Positions 10,961 through 19,649 of a stretch of 64,000 nucleotides of DNA are shown piece after piece. The position numbers and the translations under genes were made by a program. Each line of letters opens with the position of its first letter. Position 1 is the stretch's first letter. Below the pieces are notes generated by a model, which was given only the letters and a program-made list of their open reading frames with translations, ran no database searches and was not told where the DNA came from. The stretch is from an uncultured Verrucomicrobiae bacterium (GTDB taxonomy: Bacteria > Verrucomicrobiota > Verrucomicrobiia > Limisphaerales > Palsa-1400), in NCBI GenBank assembly GCA_963764165.1, contig CAVXRD010000004.1, forward strand, positions 224,001 through 288,000. The letters run 5' to 3'.

Positions 10961-11202
10961 CATCCCCTTGTCCTCGCGCCTCTTGAGCCCTTGCGTCTAA
11001 AATCTCCCATTGCCCGAAAAGCGATTCGGGTGTGTTGATCAAAAACGGGCGAGGCGCAGATGAGATTTGGGTCGAATCACCTTGGGCGGAGGCGCGCGCG
11101 GCTCTGTTCGCATGGGCGCAACGGTGAAGAATCAGCCGCAGCCCCCCGCGATTAATCGGCCCGCTTTTCGGCTCAACGTGCTGCGGCTGGCCTGCAACGC
11201 AG

Positions 11203-11988
11203 TTAGGTGACCTGGTTGGGGTTTGATTTGGTGGACTTATGCCAGAGGCGGCGAAAGAAATTGCCGACCCGGGTTTGGTGTGCGCGGACCTTCTCTTCTT
11301 GTGCGCGGCGTTGTTCTTCCTGCGCACGGCGCTCCTCTTCCTGCGCCCGAGCCGCCTGATACGCGTGAAGCTGATGATTGATCAACAACCAGTCCACGCC
11401 GTAATTGTGGGCGAATTCGCGCATGGGCGCGGCGATGCGTTCCGGATAAAAAATGATGACGTCGTTCAAAACCAACAGGCGGTGGCCGGAACTCAGCGGG
11501 AGGAGCGCGCTTATGACTGAATGGAAATCCGGCCAGTCGGCGCACTCTTGCGGGCGCGGCGGGGCGGACAAATAAAGCCGCGCATCGTCAATAAGCACAA
11601 CGCTGTCTGAATACAGAGATTGCATCGCAGCCAGCTCTTGGAGAAGGGGACTTTGGTTGGTTTGGCCAGAAGCGTGTTCGGCTTGGCACCAGTGGGCGTC
11701 CAGCCAAAAGAAAACGGCTTGGCGGGAAAATTCTTCCTGGTGCTGCCGAAGGAACGAGGGCGAATCGCCCAGATGCAACTCAACGCCAGGCTGGTCTAGA
11801 AACCGTGCGCGCGCTTGGTTGAACAATTCCGGCGACATTTCAACTGAGCTGCATTTGGAAAAAAAACGAGAGGCAATCGCCAGCGAGTCGCCCTTGAATG
11901 TCCCCGTCTCAACAAACCGCTTAAGCGGCAGTTCCCGCGCCAGGAATTGCGCCAAATTTACGTCGAGAGAGAAAGAGATTGCGCCCAT
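11203..11988 (-). CDS. Class I SAM-dependent methyltransferase-like protein (glycan-cluster type)
   Basis: FVETGTFKGDS, FFWLDAH, VLIDDARL motifs; C-terminal (R)RAQEE heptad repeats. Confidence 0.75.
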   Translation of the reverse strand: MGAISFSLDVNLAQFLARELPLKRFVETGTFKGDSLAIASRFFSKCSSVEMSPELFNQARARFLDQPGVELHLGDSPSFLRQHQEEFSRQAVFFWLDAHWCQAEHASGQTNQSPLLQELAAMQSLYSDSVVLIDDARLYLSAPPRPQECADWPDFHSVISALLPLSSGHRLLVLNDVIIFYPERIAAPMREFAHNYGVDWLLINHQLHAYQAARAQEEERRAQEEQRRAQEEKVRAHQTRVGNFFRRLWHKSTKSNPNQVT

Positions 11989-11990
11989 AG

Positions 11991-12800
11991 TCAGGAAGCT
12001 TTGAAAATCCGCCCCAGTTTCTCCCGCAAACCGCCCGTCGTTTCTGGGGAACGCCGGGTCTCGGCAGCGGTGGGGCGAGGCAGGTTTGCGGTCACATTCA
12101 TGCTGAAAAGTTCTTGGGGAACAAAACAAGCGTCGTACCAGGCAAGCCAGCCGGTGGCAGTGTAATATTCGTTGAATTGCGCGCCGAGGAAATACTTCTC
12201 GTCTGCCAAAAACCGCGTGATTTCGAGGGGCGTAGCCTGTTTGACAAACCGGGGCGTGGCGAGCATTTCAACCACGATCCAAGGACGGCTGGTGCGCAGC
12301 GTCCTTGTCGCCCCCTGCAACACGCGCAGCTCGTTGCCTTGGGTGTCAACTTTGATCAAGCCGACGCGCTGGCTGAAATCCATCCCCGTCAGCAGTTCGT
12401 CCACGGTGGTTACGGCCACAGAATGCTCCTTGTGAGGGCCTGGCCGCTCATTTTGGTAGGCAAGCAACGAACCCGTGTATCGCTCCCCCTGGCAATAAAG
12501 TTTGGCGCTGCCAGCGTGATCCGAACAAGCCCTGGCTTCGATCCGGAAACGATTATCGGAGGCAAATCGCTCTCGCAGCTGGCTAAAACTTTCCGGATTC
12601 GGCTCAAGGAGAACGGCTTGGAGAAAGGGGCTATTCGGAGCCCCTGCAAAACGGAGGGCAAAGTCCCCTTGATAAGCGCCGATATCCAGCAAAAGCGGGC
12701 GCTCGCGGAAGAAGCAGTCATGATGAAAAATCTGGCTTTCCAGCCAGTCTTCCAACGACCCTCCAATATTCGGAAAGACGCAAGGAGAAGCAGCGTTCAC
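11991..12800 (-). CDS. FkbM family methyltransferase
   Basis: LLDIGAYQG, EPNPE, TTVDE, LIKVDTQGNELRVLQGA. Confidence 0.9.
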   Translation of the reverse strand: MNAASPCVFPNIGGSLEDWLESQIFHHDCFFRERPLLLDIGAYQGDFALRFAGAPNSPFLQAVLLEPNPESFSQLRERFASDNRFRIEARACSDHAGSAKLYCQGERYTGSLLAYQNERPGPHKEHSVAVTTVDELLTGMDFSQRVGLIKVDTQGNELRVLQGATRTLRTSRPWIVVEMLATPRFVKQATPLEITRFLADEKYFLGAQFNEYYTATGWLAWYDACFVPQELFSMNVTANLPRPTAAETRRSPETTGGLREKLGRIFKAS

Positions 12801-13657
12801 GATAAATAGCCCGCCTTCTTCATCATAACGCCAGCCTCGCGCAGAAACGCCTCCCGCACGACAGACGGCATTTCATCCTGGTGCGAGCCGGTCTGGCCGC
12901 GGCGGATAAACGATTTGTCTTTGGGGATTTGCGGATTTTCCCACGCAAAGGATGCCTCACGCATTTTCATGGCCCCGAAGGATGCGTTTTTCGCCGCATA
13001 TTCCAAGGCGGCGAGCTTGCAAGGCAAGCCCGCAAATTCACCAATGCGCAGCAATTGAGTCACGGGATCCTTTCTCAAGTCCTCATAACGGACCGTAATC
13101 ATTTGCGCGGAATGCGGATTGGCCAGCCATTGCGCAACGTGCTCATGCCATTTGCAGGGAAAGAGCTTGTCGCCCAGTTGAACCAGTTGAAGAAAATCAA
13201 GCTTCTCTCCGCATAGGGCTTCCAAATAGTGCCGGTAGGAGACCATTGCATCACGCCCATCCCGCAACAAATAGACAACCTTCCGATAACCTGGCTTCGG
13301 CAAACAGTGCGATTTGAAAAAAGTGACGGGGTAATAGCGCTTGTAGAATTTCTTAAAATGGACGTCCGGCGCCAAATCCTGGATCAGGGCGTCGGGTGCG
13401 ACTTGGAGATCAACGCCATAAAAAGCACCGGCCACCAAATATTGCATCCAAGTGTTCCCTGATTTGGGATAGCCGACGACGAAAACGTCGTCCTCTGCGA
13501 CTCGATCAATGGGTTGAAACCCCGTGGAGGAGCAGAATTCCGCGAAGCGGTCGGACAAACCCGCCGGGGGGGGCGGGGACGGAAGCGCTGGCGCCGACGA
13601 GGACGAGTCGCCCGCGAATACTCGCATTATCCGGCTAAAATGTTGTCTAGGTGTCAT
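12797..13657 (-). CDS. Sulfotransferase domain protein (start uncertain)
   Basis: 5'-PSB motif YPKSGNTW; KSH; LLRDGRDAMVSY; RYEDL; FIRRGQTG. Confidence 0.88.
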   Translation of the reverse strand: MTPRQHFSRIMRVFAGDSSSSAPALPSPPPPAGLSDRFAEFCSSTGFQPIDRVAEDDVFVVGYPKSGNTWMQYLVAGAFYGVDLQVAPDALIQDLAPDVHFKKFYKRYYPVTFFKSHCLPKPGYRKVVYLLRDGRDAMVSYRHYLEALCGEKLDFLQLVQLGDKLFPCKWHEHVAQWLANPHSAQMITVRYEDLRKDPVTQLLRIGEFAGLPCKLAALEYAAKNASFGAMKMREASFAWENPQIPKDKSFIRRGQTGSHQDEMPSVVREAFLREAGVMMKKAGYLS

Positions 13658-13793
13658 CAGTCGGGCAAACGATTCTGACTCGGTTCCTTGCAGGACGCAA
13701 GCCTGGCTCTGCCTTGTGAGGCAGAACACTACACTCAACGACGAAGTGTTTAAAGCGTTTTCAATGGCATTTTTAAGTCTTTTAAAAAAATTC

Positions 13794-14494
13794 GGTGTTA
13801 GTCCTCACTTTTGTTTTTGTTTTTCGCAGAAGGTTCGATACATGGCTCCAACTGCCCATGTGCAGATTCCGAGCTATCCATGCCAGCGTCATCGTCGTCT
13901 CGGCCCGCAACCGGCGGGCCAGCGCGACTTTGTCCTTGTCGCCCTTCCGGCGTTCTGTCAACTGCCGCTCGTCCCACTTCAGGCGCTTGAGTTCCTCCAC
14001 CACCAGGCGGCGGGCCCGCTCCTCGCCGCTCTCGGCGCGGTCGCTCCCGTAATGGTTCGCACCCGCCCGCCCCCCGGCTTCCGCCAGCAACTCCCGCCGG
14101 AATTCCTCGCTCCCCAGACACCAGCCGCGCCGAATCTGCTCTTGCTGCTCTTGGGTTTGCTCCGGTTGAACCGCTTGGTGTAAACCCCCAGCAGCCATTT
14201 CATGCCCGCCACCAAATTGGCCTCCGGTGTTTCAAAAACCAGGTGGAAGTGGTTGCGCATTAAACAATAAGCATGCACCTGCCAGAGAGTCTTTTGGCAG
14301 GCCTCGGCCAGAGTCGAGAGAAAAAGGCGCCGGTCCTCGTCGTCGCGAAAGATGTCTTCGCGGCGGTCCCCGCGATTCATGACGTGATAGACCGCCCCGT
14401 GATATTCCAGGCGCAATTGGCGCGGCATGGGCCCACCCTCTCACACCCAGCATTCACGGTCAAAACCATAGTGCAAATAGTGAGGACTGACACC
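13794..14494 (-). mobile_element. Y1/HUH (RAYT-like) transposase element copy 1, internally deleted (~310 bp shorter than the other copies)
   Basis: MPRQLRLEYHGAVYHVMNRGDRREDIF...LMRNHFHL. After KRFN the sequence jumps to the C-terminal part. TIRs GGTGTTAGTCCTCACT (13794) and GTGCAAATAGTGAGGACTGACACC (14471-14494). Confidence 0.9.
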
Positions 14495-14613
14495 GGCTCA
14501 ATGATTTAAGGGTCAATTCATTGGATTGTCAATAAACGGACGTGAGAAAAAATGCATTTATCAGGCCAAGGCCCTGACTCAACGAGGCTATGGAATTCCA
14601 ATTGTATCCTCGC

Positions 14614-14733
14614 GTTGAAATAGCTGGTGGTTGTCTGAGGCGCCCCGCCAACGCTTCCCGGATTTGGCGTTGTCACGGACACCACCATGTCCGCATTGTT
14701 GAAGGTGTATGTCGTGCTCCCGTTGCGGGCGTC
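14614..14733 (-). pseudogene. RHS/YD-repeat core remnant
   Basis: DARNGSTTYTFNNADMVVSVTTPNPGSVGGAPQTTTSYFN resembles YD-repeat core; no start or continuation. Confidence 0.6.
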
Positions 14734-14829
14734 CCCCGCCGCGCCTTCGCCCCAACTAATGTGTGACGCCCCTGCTTTAATGCTTGCGCATTTATTGTGA
14801 TGGCACCGCACTTGCAAAGGTTGGCTCGT

Positions 14830-15240
14830 TCAGTTCACGTCCTTGCTGCGGAAAAGAAATCCAATTATCGCAACTTGAGCCGTAACATATGCGCCTAACA
14901 AAAGGTTTGACAGCACGAACTCAGACCTAAACGTCCGAATCAGGTATTCTGAATCTTCCCGATACACATTGCACGCTACACCAATATAATTTCCCACCAG
15001 CAGTAAAATAATTAAATACTTTATCCAGCGTTTCTTCACCCAAGGCAGTCCGATCCCGATTACCGGCCAAACAAGGAATCCAAATGGCTCGGGGGAGGCA
15101 ACCAAGGCCCAAAATAATGAGCTGCCGTGACCAGCTCCGAACATAGCGATTCCCATCCAACCAAATCCCAAAGAAAATAGCGCGCCCGCGCCGCCCAATG
15201 CAATCGACAAAAAGACTTGTTTCTGTATCGGTTTTACCAC
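14830..15240 (-). CDS. Small multi-TM protein, putative toxin immunity protein
   Basis: AT-richer; about four hydrophobic segments; GTG start 4 bp after the stop of the upstream gene tail. Confidence 0.6.
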   Translation of the reverse strand: MVKPIQKQVFLSIALGGAGALFSLGFGWMGIAMFGAGHGSSLFWALVASPEPFGFLVWPVIGIGLPWVKKRWIKYLIILLLVGNYIGVACNVYREDSEYLIRTFRSEFVLSNLLLGAYVTAQVAIIGFLFRSKDVN

Positions 15241-15244
15241 AATT

Positions 15245-15560
15245 CTAGTAGGAATACGTTGGTGTCTCGCCAAAGCGCTGTTGAATGATCGATTGAATAT
15301 TCTGAATTCGTAATTTAAGATCTCCGGTTTGATTAAAAGCTCTGACTAGGTCACTCTTAACGGTACCTATTTGAAGGGGAGCGCAACAAGGGGAATCAGA
15401 AATTAGGTTGTAAATCGTTTGAGCCGCATCCCAAGCTTTGGGGACATCAGTATAGGGATAGTCCGGAGCATGCCCGCCGAGCTCCGCATCGGCGTGACCG
15501 AGGTATCCTGAGTCTCGTCCACGCCAGGAACCAGTGCGATAGTTTATCGGTTTGCTATTT
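15245..15560 (-). pseudogene. 5'-truncated gene tail (~100 codons), putative polymorphic toxin C-terminus
   Basis: Open frame starts at the transposon TIR with no start codon of its own (...SKPINYRTGSWRGRDSGYLGHAD...TPTYSY*). Confidence 0.5.
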
Positions 15561-15562
15561 TC

Positions 15563-16617
15563 GGTGTCAGTCCTCACTTTTTGCACTTTTTGTTTTTGTG
15601 TTTCGCAGAAGGTTCGATACATGGCTCCAACTGCCCATGTGCAGATTCCGAGCTATCCATGCCAGCGTCATCGTCGTCTCGGCCCGCAACCGGCGGGCCA
15701 GCGCGATTTTGTCCTTGTCGCCCTTCCGGCGTTCTGTCAACTGCCGCTCGTCCCACTTCAGGCGCTTGAGTTCCTCCGCCACCAGGCGCCGGGCCCGCTC
15801 CTCGCCGCTCTCGGCGCGGTCGCTCCCGTAATGGTTCGCCCCCGCCCGCCCCCCGGCTTCCGCCAGCAACTCCCGCCGGAATTCTTCGCTCCCCAAACAC
15901 CATCCGCGCCGAATCTGCTCATGCTGGTCTTGGGTTTGCTCTTCCTGCCGGCGCAGCTCCATTTGCCGCCCGAATTCCCGCCGCCCGGCCGCGCTGTCCT
16001 TGGGAATGCCTTTCTCCCCCAACAGCCGGTCCACCCGCAGCCAGGCCGGACGCTCCTTGGGCGGTTTGAGATATTCCCCGAAGCTGCTCCAGAGAAAGCT
16101 TTCCAGAGGCGCTTCCGGAGACAGCACCCTGGCCCGCACGGGATTAAGATGCACATAATCGCAAACGGTGCGCAAATAGCCGTGGCCGCTGCCATCGACG
16201 ATGAGCGCCTTGTAGCGCCCCGCAAAGAGGTGCCCGCACCACTTGTGCCGGATGTTGAACCGCTTGGTGTAAACCCCCAGCAGCCATTTCCTGCCCGCAA
16301 CCAAATTGGATTCCGGTGTTTCAAAGATCACGTGGAAGTAGTTGCGCATTAAACAATAAGCATGCACCTGCCAGAAAGTCCTCTGGCAGGCCTCGGCCAG
16401 GGTGGAGAGAAAAAGCCGCCGGTCTTCATCATCGCGAAAGATGTCTTCGCGGCGGTCCCCGCGATTCATGACGTGATAGACCGCCCCGCGATATTCCAGG
16501 CGCAATTGGCGCGGCATGCTGCCAACCCTCTCACACCGAGCATTCACGGTCAAAACCAAAGCGCAAATAGTGAGGACACCGGCGATGACACCGGCGATGA
16601 CACCGGCGAATGACACC
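15563..16617 (-). mobile_element. Y1/HUH transposase element copy 2 (full length)
   Basis: Left TIR GGTGTCAGTCCTCACTTTTTGCAC (15563-15586); right end GCGCAAATAGTGAGGACACC followed by iterated TGACACC units. Confidence 0.9.
15567..16517 (-). CDS. REP-associated/IS200-like tyrosine (Y1) transposase with C-terminal HTH extension
   Basis: YHVMNRGDRREDIF, AYCLMRNYFHV, GHLFAGRYKA, DYVHLNPVRA, WSS; stop TGA lies inside the TIR. Confidence 0.92.
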   Translation of the reverse strand: MPRQLRLEYRGAVYHVMNRGDRREDIFRDDEDRRLFLSTLAEACQRTFWQVHAYCLMRNYFHVIFETPESNLVAGRKWLLGVYTKRFNIRHKWCGHLFAGRYKALIVDGSGHGYLRTVCDYVHLNPVRARVLSPEAPLESFLWSSFGEYLKPPKERPAWLRVDRLLGEKGIPKDSAAGRREFGRQMELRRQEEQTQDQHEQIRRGWCLGSEEFRRELLAEAGGRAGANHYGSDRAESGEERARRLVAEELKRLKWDERQLTERRKGDKDKIALARRLRAETTMTLAWIARNLHMGSWSHVSNLLRNTKTKSAKSED

Positions 16618-16623
16618 TGCGAA
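16575..16623. repeat. Four tandem 11-13 bp units of the element end motif
   Basis: GACACCGGCGA TGACACCGGCGA TGACACCGGCGAA TGACACCTGCGAA. Confidence 0.85.
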
Positions 16624-16641
16624 CGGATTCTTTTTCGACGA

Positions 16642-17370
16642 TTATCTGCTTCGATTTGTAACTGTCCCAGCGCTGTTGGTGTCTTCGCTGATATTCTGCA
16701 TCTTCTTCCAAGCCTCGACCATCTTTTCCCAATTACGACGATCGTGCTTTTTTTTCGCGTCCATTCCTGTCCAGAAATAGCGATAAAAATCGGTTCCCAT
16801 GTCTAACGTCGGCGGCAGGCATTCAACTCGGCCAGCGTGAAACTCCTTCAACTGACTTTCAATTCGATTAAACAAGTTTGTTGTCTCCGAACCGATAGGC
16901 GAATGATACTCTTCGCGCAAGACAAAGTTGAAGTGCGGAGACAGTCCATACGAGTTGCCAGTGGTTTCGGACTCTGTCGGAGTTACAACGATTCTCGTTC
17001 CGCCAAGGTCGGCTGCCTCAGCTCGAATTTCGAAACCTTCATCGTAAGCAACCCACTTTGTTCCTTGTTTAAGAAGTCTGAGAGGCATTGGGCCAATGCC
17101 GAGATTCCAAACATTCGTTTGGGGCACCGCTACTCTGGTTTGACCTGACACCACATAATTATAAGGGAACTCCGAAAGGCGTTTCCCGTGGTACGTGCCG
17201 CTTTCGAAGGACTTTTTGATCGCCACTACAACGTTCGGTAGGCTGTCTGTCACTATTAATGAACTGGCCCTGAATTCACTTTCGCTAGCGTTGCACTCTG
17301 AGAATTCTACTCCAAATATGATAGAGATAGTCAAAAAGAAGCAGCCCGCCTTGAGCACCCTAGTTATCAT
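16642..17370 (-). CDS. AT-richer exported hypothetical protein, putative immunity protein
   Basis: GGAGGTGG RBS before ATG (MITRVLKAGCFFLTISIIFG); start overlaps the end of a truncated upstream tail. Confidence 0.65.
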   Translation of the reverse strand: MITRVLKAGCFFLTISIIFGVEFSECNASESEFRASSLIVTDSLPNVVVAIKKSFESGTYHGKRLSEFPYNYVVSGQTRVAVPQTNVWNLGIGPMPLRLLKQGTKWVAYDEGFEIRAEAADLGGTRIVVTPTESETTGNSYGLSPHFNFVLREEYHSPIGSETTNLFNRIESQLKEFHAGRVECLPPTLDMGTDFYRYFWTGMDAKKKHDRRNWEKMVEAWKKMQNISEDTNSAGTVTNRSR

Positions 17371-17463
17371 AGCCACCTCCATGCCTTTTGTCCACTCCGT
17401 AGGTAAAGAAATCAGCAGGGAATGGATCGCCGCCACAAGCCATGCACTTAAAATATTGTTTTC

Positions 17464-18480
17464 GGTGTCAGTCCTCACTTTTTGCACTTTTTCTTTTTTG
17501 TTTTTCGCAGAAGGTTCGATACATGGCTCCAACTGCCCATGTGCAGATTCCGAGCTATCCATGCCAGCGTCATCGTCGTTTCGGCCCGCAACCGGCGGGC
17601 CAGCGCGATTTTGTCCTTGTCGCCCTTCCGGCGTTCTGTCAACTGCCGCTCGTCCCACTTCAGGCGCTTGAGTTCCTCCGCCACCAAGCGGCGGGCCCGC
17701 TCCTCGCCGCTCCCGGCGCGGTCGCTCCCGTAATGGTTTGCCCCCGCCCGCCCCCCGGCTTCCACCAGCAACTCCCGCCGGAATTCTTCGCTCCCCAAAC
17801 ACCAGCCGCGCCGAATCTGCTCATGCTGGTCTTGGGTTTGCTCCTGCCGGCGCAGCTCCATCTGCCGCCCGAATTCCCGCCGCCCAGCCGCGCTGTCCTT
17901 GGGAATGCCTTTCTCCCCCAACAGCCGGTCCACCCGCAGCCAGGCCGGACGCTCCTTTGGCGGTTTGAGATATTCCCCGAAGCTGCTCCAGAGAAAGCTG
18001 TCCAGCGGCGCTTCTGGAGACAGCAGCCTGGCCCGCACGGGATTCAGATGCACGTAATCGCAAACGGTGCGCAAATAGCCGTGGCCGCTGCCATCGACGA
18101 TGAGCGCCTCGCAGCGACCCGGAAAGAGGTGCCTGCACCACTTGTGCCGGATGTTGAACCGCTTGGTGTAACGCCCAGCAGCCATTCATGCCCGGAACCA
18201 AATTGGATTCCGGTGTTTCAAAGATCAAGTGGAAGTGGTTGCGCATTAAACAATAAGCATGCACCTGCCAGAGAGTCTTTTGGCAGGCCTCGGCCAGAGT
18301 CGAGAGAAAAAGGCGCCGGTCCTCGTCGTCGCGAAAGATGTCTTCGCGGCGGTCCCCGCGATTCATGACGTGATAGACCGCCCCGCGATATTCCAGGCGC
18401 AATTGGCGCGGCATGCCGCCACCCTCTCACACCCAGCATTCACGGTCAAAACCAAAGTGCAAATAGTGACGACTGACACT
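17464..18480 (-). mobile_element. Y1/HUH transposase element copy 3; CDS frameshifted near 18170-18187
   Basis: TIRs at 17464-17487 and 18457-18480; intact NHFHL and YVHLNPV; two single-base deletions relative to copy 2. Confidence 0.9.
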
Positions 18481-18571
18481 TGCGCTCCGATACCGCCAGT
18501 TGGCCCAAGCTCTGCGTCCAGCTTGATTTCCGTCGTAAGCTGCGCGTGCATAGTCGGCTCGCACAGCTCAC

Positions 18572-19576
18572 TTATCGTTCAATCACACAAATCATTGAAT
18601 TATCAATACACATCAGCGGAAGTCCATCGTAAACATCCGTCCTAACTACTCTTTTCACATGATTGTCAGATTCACAGTAACTCACCATAATGCGGCCTGA
18701 AACTATAAAAAGCTCACCCCCACTCTCATAAACATCGCCGACCAAAAGCTGTTTGGCGTCATTATTTACCATACGCTCACCGCGGAAATCGCACCTCCGT
18801 GTCACTTGCCCAGTGTTCGGGATCAAGCCGAATAGAATCCCGTCTCCGAATACAAAAATCTCTGCAGCTCCCACCGCGTAAGAAAATGTCAGTCCTCTGC
18901 TCTTTAAACCCGTGCTTGCGGGATTTGTTGGAATATCACCGGGCAAAACGAACTCCCAGCTACGCGACTCAGATCCAGCTTTCTGACCGTACAAATGATC
19001 CACGACGTTACCACCTTCCTTAACACGCTGCTCGTAGACTAACACATCCTTCCAGCAGGATAGGCTAAATGTTCGTGTTGGCAGCGTCGTTTCCCATTTT
19101 TGACTCAGCCGATCATCGACGAAGTTTATAGTATGAGTTCCAAACCAGTCGCGTAGTAGTGGAACGCCCACAGAATGCCAACCGTTTGATAATCGAATAT
19201 CCCGTTTCCCGCCAGATTCCTGATCGCGCTCCTTTACAAGCTCACGCGGGCCGAAGGTTCCTGTGTATCCACTTAGTTGTCGTAAATCGAACGCCTTGGT
19301 CTTCTTCCCAGTAACCGCGTCATAGAACACTGTCATATGCCCAACATTGTCTCTTGTTGCGGCACCATTAATTTCTACCGCGAAGATCAGCGCATAACAG
19401 TTTCCAAATAACACGGCGCACTCCGGAATACAATCCTTCGGCAAGGAATTTTTCCAAACATTCTTCCCGGTCGCCGCGTCGAATTTAACAACCGCGAGCC
19501 GCCTTGGCGGCAATAAACTATCTCCGCATGCGTCACAAGCTACACACGCAAAAAGAATATACATAAGTTTATTCAT
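18572..19576 (-). CDS. AT-richer exported protein with PQQ-like beta-propeller features, putative immunity/cargo gene
   Basis: Signal-like MNKLMYILFACVAC; FDAATGKNVWK, YDAVTGKK and LIPNTGQV blade-like motifs. Confidence 0.65.
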   Translation of the reverse strand: MNKLMYILFACVACDACGDSLLPPRRLAVVKFDAATGKNVWKNSLPKDCIPECAVLFGNCYALIFAVEINGAATRDNVGHMTVFYDAVTGKKTKAFDLRQLSGYTGTFGPRELVKERDQESGGKRDIRLSNGWHSVGVPLLRDWFGTHTINFVDDRLSQKWETTLPTRTFSLSCWKDVLVYEQRVKEGGNVVDHLYGQKAGSESRSWEFVLPGDIPTNPASTGLKSRGLTFSYAVGAAEIFVFGDGILFGLIPNTGQVTRRCDFRGERMVNNDAKQLLVGDVYESGGELFIVSGRIMVSYCESDNHVKRVVRTDVYDGLPLMCIDNSMICVIER

Positions 19577-19649
19577 AATACGCAATTATTGCTACCATAT
19601 AGACGGGTCAGACCAGCATAATCACATAAATTGACTTTTGTCATTTGGT

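Noticed and set aside
16575..16623. CRISPR array
   Set aside because: Units are 11-13 bp with no spacers, and there are no cas genes in the window.
17146..17152. Additional TGACACC motif
   Set aside because: It lies inside a coding region without the rest of the TIR; several chance 7-mer matches are expected in 64 kb.
16642..17802. 386-aa ORF as a transposase-cargo fusion
   Set aside because: The N-terminal part is an alternative frame of the transposase; the real gene starts at the RBS-preceded ATG at 17370.
13794..19635. Classical integron
   Set aside because: No IntI tyrosine recombinase and no attC-like sites were recognised.
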